Below are positions 61,019 through 64,000 of a DNA stretch of 64,000 nucleotides, piece by piece. The position numbers and the translations under genes are program-made. The stretch is from Macrostomum hystrix. Taxonomy: Eukaryota; Animalia; Platyhelminthes. The notes under the pieces were generated by a model. It saw nothing but the letters and a program-made list of their open reading frames with translations, had not been told where the DNA came from and ran no database searches. Position 1 is the first letter of the stretch; every line of letters begins with the position of its first letter. The stretch is from the NCBI GenBank assembly GCA_950097015.1, contig CATNEN010000005.1, positions 868,001 to 932,000 of the forward strand, given 5' to 3'.

Positions 61019-62870
61019 TCAATAGTGACACTTCAAAACGACAAAGATTGTTGCCAGGATGAACAAAGCTGCTAGCAACCAGGTAAATAATACAATCGTT
61101 AAAGCCTGGACAAGACTCCGTTCTTTTACTAACTTAGTGGAAGAATTGTACTTTTGATGAATGCTATTATTGCTGGCATTCAGTTCCTGGGTTTTCTCGC
61201 TAGTATTGCCCGTCCCGACTCTGCTTGTTATGTTTTCGACTTCCGGCTGACAACAAGCCTTGTCTGGTACCAGAGGAAACTGTTGCAGCGCGCGCAATGA
61301 CCACCGCGTAGGGGTAGGAACTAGTACCAGCCTGTTGTCGGCCGTGTCCCAGCTCAGGCTGAGCTGGCAAGTGCTGCTGCACGACCGTTTCATCTGCTCT
61401 GGATCGCGTCTGTGCAAAAAGAACAAGTTATTTAAGATGAAACGCCTCTACCGACGTCACCGACCTCCCGCGATGTTCATGGCAAATAGTAACTTTTACA
61501 TTACTCCGACGATATCCGACGAAAGCAAAAACGTACAAAACCTTATAAATAGCCTTGGAAAAACTAAAAACTCATATAGAATCAGATAGAAACGCAAAAA
61601 AGCCGATTGAACCTCGATGTACGAGTTTAAAAGTTTAAAACTTCATTTTCGCTACTCCCATTCACTTTCCTGTTAGGAAAATCTGCCGACATTGTTGCAT
61701 TCGGGTACATTAAATATTCGTATAATCAGCTATGGATAGCCCCTTAATTAGCCGATTTGCATTGCTCGCAGCGTATACTATGCTTATTTATGCTCCGTAA
61801 CTTGTGACTCCGTTGAAATTTAAAATATGTGCGCTGGTATTTTAGTAGAACTACCAATTCCCCCCTGACAATTCCTTGTACTGGACCCAAAACGGAGCAA
61901 CGCAAGCACACGAAACTCAAGATCACGGGCCAAATTTTTGTTGCGCATATTCTGAAACAATAATCAAGTCGCAAGCCTTTCAGAAGTCGAGATATTCAAT
62001 GATTCTGGCCGAAATTTGTTATTTTCCCTTGGTATTAAAACAGGCGGCAAAATGGCTTGGTAGTCCTATAGTCCTACTGTTAATGTACTCGTAGCACGAA
62101 AGGGCTGCAACAATCTGCATTTTAAAACAATCACCCTGATTTCGATTATACTGGGTAGCAGATTTTGAAACAATAGAGTTCATAGGTACTACTCACAGCT
62201 TTGTCTCCAGTCCTGGAGATTCAACTTTATTTTCATTGTAGATGTTTCCATCTCTAGTTGAGTAAAATGCGTCTAACTTGAATGGTGTCGTTTTAAACAG
62301 AGCTTGAAACGTTTTCGTTTTGTTCAGTTCGTCTAAAAAGAAATTTAATGACGAGGAGTATACAGACCATCTATACCTGTTAGGAAATGTTTACTCTACC
62401 TGTAAGATACGGACTAACTATATCTGCTAGGCAATGACTAACTGTACCTAACTATAATTTTCGGACTAACTATACATGTTGATGACTACCCGTATCTGTT
62501 AGGTAATCACTCACTGTACCTGTAAGATACGGACTATACAACCATCTGCAGAAAGACACAATATGTGCATGCCAAACTAAGCAATAAATTTACTCACTTT
62601 CAAACTGATCGAACTCTTGAAGATTAGTGAATGAAGCTAAACGAACATCTCGCCTATCTCCAGATGCGGTGTCGTTTAGAGAATTGTAACGAATTGCAGC
62701 AATGTAGCAATGCGTGCTGCCACAGTGCAGATAACCACTGCCATGACCTGGACTAACACTGATGACTTGTGGTTCTCGTTGCACGGCTAGATTGTTTGTG
62801 ATTTTAGCTGCAATCCTGAGATACATTGTGCTGTAGATTCGAGTAGGTGTGATCTCTTTTGCCCTTTGCT
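61019..62870 (-). CDS. Probable 3' exons of an uncharacterised membrane-anchored protein; exon chain unresolved
   Basis: Open exon-like segments at 62870-62598 (donor A|gtgagt) and ~61410-61019 (acceptor tttttgcacag; Cys- and N-glycosylation-rich stalk; TM ALTIVLFTWLLAALFILATIFVVL; then KCHY*). I could not connect the phases. Confidence 0.4.
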
Positions 62871-63180
62871 AGTAATTGGCTTAAAATAACAAGACATTTA
62901 CATTTTGGTACGAGCTTTACCTTGTACAGATGGGTACAATAGTCAATGGACTTTGGAACTTTCGAGGTATGATATACTTTCGTTCACTGAAATCTGAAAT
63001 GGTGATTTAGTAAAACTTTAAATATGAAAGAGAAATTGAAGTATATAATAAAAAAGCTTATCAAAGACATTTAGGGCCTTTAAACCCATAGACAGAACTG
63101 AAGGGCTGGTCGGTTAAATTTCATGAAAAACCATAGTACAGGTTTCATTTATGGTCAAAGTTTTAGTCTATGGTGTATGA

Positions 63181-63722
63181 CAGGGATCGGCAAACTTATT
63201 AGATAGCGGGCCAAAGAGAGAACCTAAAAGATATGACATCGGGCCACATTGACTGTAGAAATGAGATTGGGGAGAGATGAGACACGGGAGAGATGAGACA
63301 CGGGAGAGATAAGACACAGAAGAGATGAGACAGGGGGAGATGAGGCACAGGAGAGATGATCAGACACAGGAGAGATGAGACACAGAAGAGATGAGACAGG
63401 GGGAGATGAGGCACAGGAGAGATGATCAGACACAGGAGAGATGAGACACAGAAGAGATGAGACATGAGAGATGAGGCACAGGAGAGATGAGGCACAGGAG
63501 AGATGAGACACAGAAGAGATGAGACATGAGAGATGAGGCACAGGAGAGATGAGACATGAGAGATGAGACACAGAAGAGATGACAGGGGGAGATGAGGCAC
63601 AGGAGTGACGAGACGGCGGACAGATGAAGCAGGACACTGCAGGTGTCGGAAAGGGCAACTGGCCGGGTTTGGGAACTTTGAGTGCCGCATCTGGCCCGCG
63701 TGCCGGAGTTTGCCGACCCCTG
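63181..63722 (-). mobile_element. hAT MITE of the same family as 16622-17000, inverted, with an expanded internal GAGATGAGACACAG repeat
   Basis: TIRs CAGGGATCGGCAAACT / AGTTTGCCGACCCCTG; the subterminal sequence matches the left end of the 16.6-kb copy; TSD not conserved. Confidence 0.85.
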
Positions 63723-64000
63723 CTCTATAGTCTAACCCCTACATATCAGGTAAGGAATTCGTTTTCCTTCCGTAACATGCAAGCCCCTACTTACACGCTG
63801 TTTAATAGGCTACAATAAACTAATATCATTGTTAAGTCTTCAAACTATCCCATTGTAAAATTATACAGACATATTTGTGTCAGAAAGCTACTTTCAGTGA
63901 TGCTAGTTTACAACAGATAATGGTCTTCTCACCGTTTTCCTTATTCTGTACATAATATCGAAATGGAAACTCATCGTTTGCATCGCCGTTACTCAAAATG

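Overview
Eukaryotic (metazoan) genomic DNA with the standard code and GT-AG introns. GC-rich, CAG-rich exons sit in AT-rich introns packed with minisatellites. This style resembles the flatworm Macrostomum, which is an inference only. I reconstructed the spliced genes by hand and checked reading phase at each junction: the 3' part of LOXHD1 (+), a calmodulin-like gene (-), SERP1/RAMP4 (+), MOCS3/UBA4 (+), an Aurora-A-like kinase (+), an LRR-Ig-FN3 receptor (-), ICE2/NARG2 (-), a 12-Cys Ly6/uPAR GPI protein (+), a 10-exon orphan discoidin-like + 3 Ig-like receptor with a Tyr-motif tail (-), and fragments of a possible further membrane-protein gene (-). Mobile DNA includes a non-autonomous Helitron with a helicase remnant and a nested hAT MITE, two hAT MITEs of one family, two CMC-type MITEs with 2-bp TSDs, and tRNA-derived SINEs. 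There are about 20 tandem arrays. The most notable observations are: a 3.1-kb LOXHD1 intron whose ends are inverted arrays of one 23-mer; a sense-strand bias of intronic repeat units toward splice-acceptor-like sequence, including a tandem CTAACAG|GT array; unpaired acceptors just upstream of five start codons, suggesting trans-splicing and operons; a tandem pol III B-box array; and the orphan receptor with an atypical Ig cysteine pattern. Most long ORFs in the supplied track are read-throughs of repeats.
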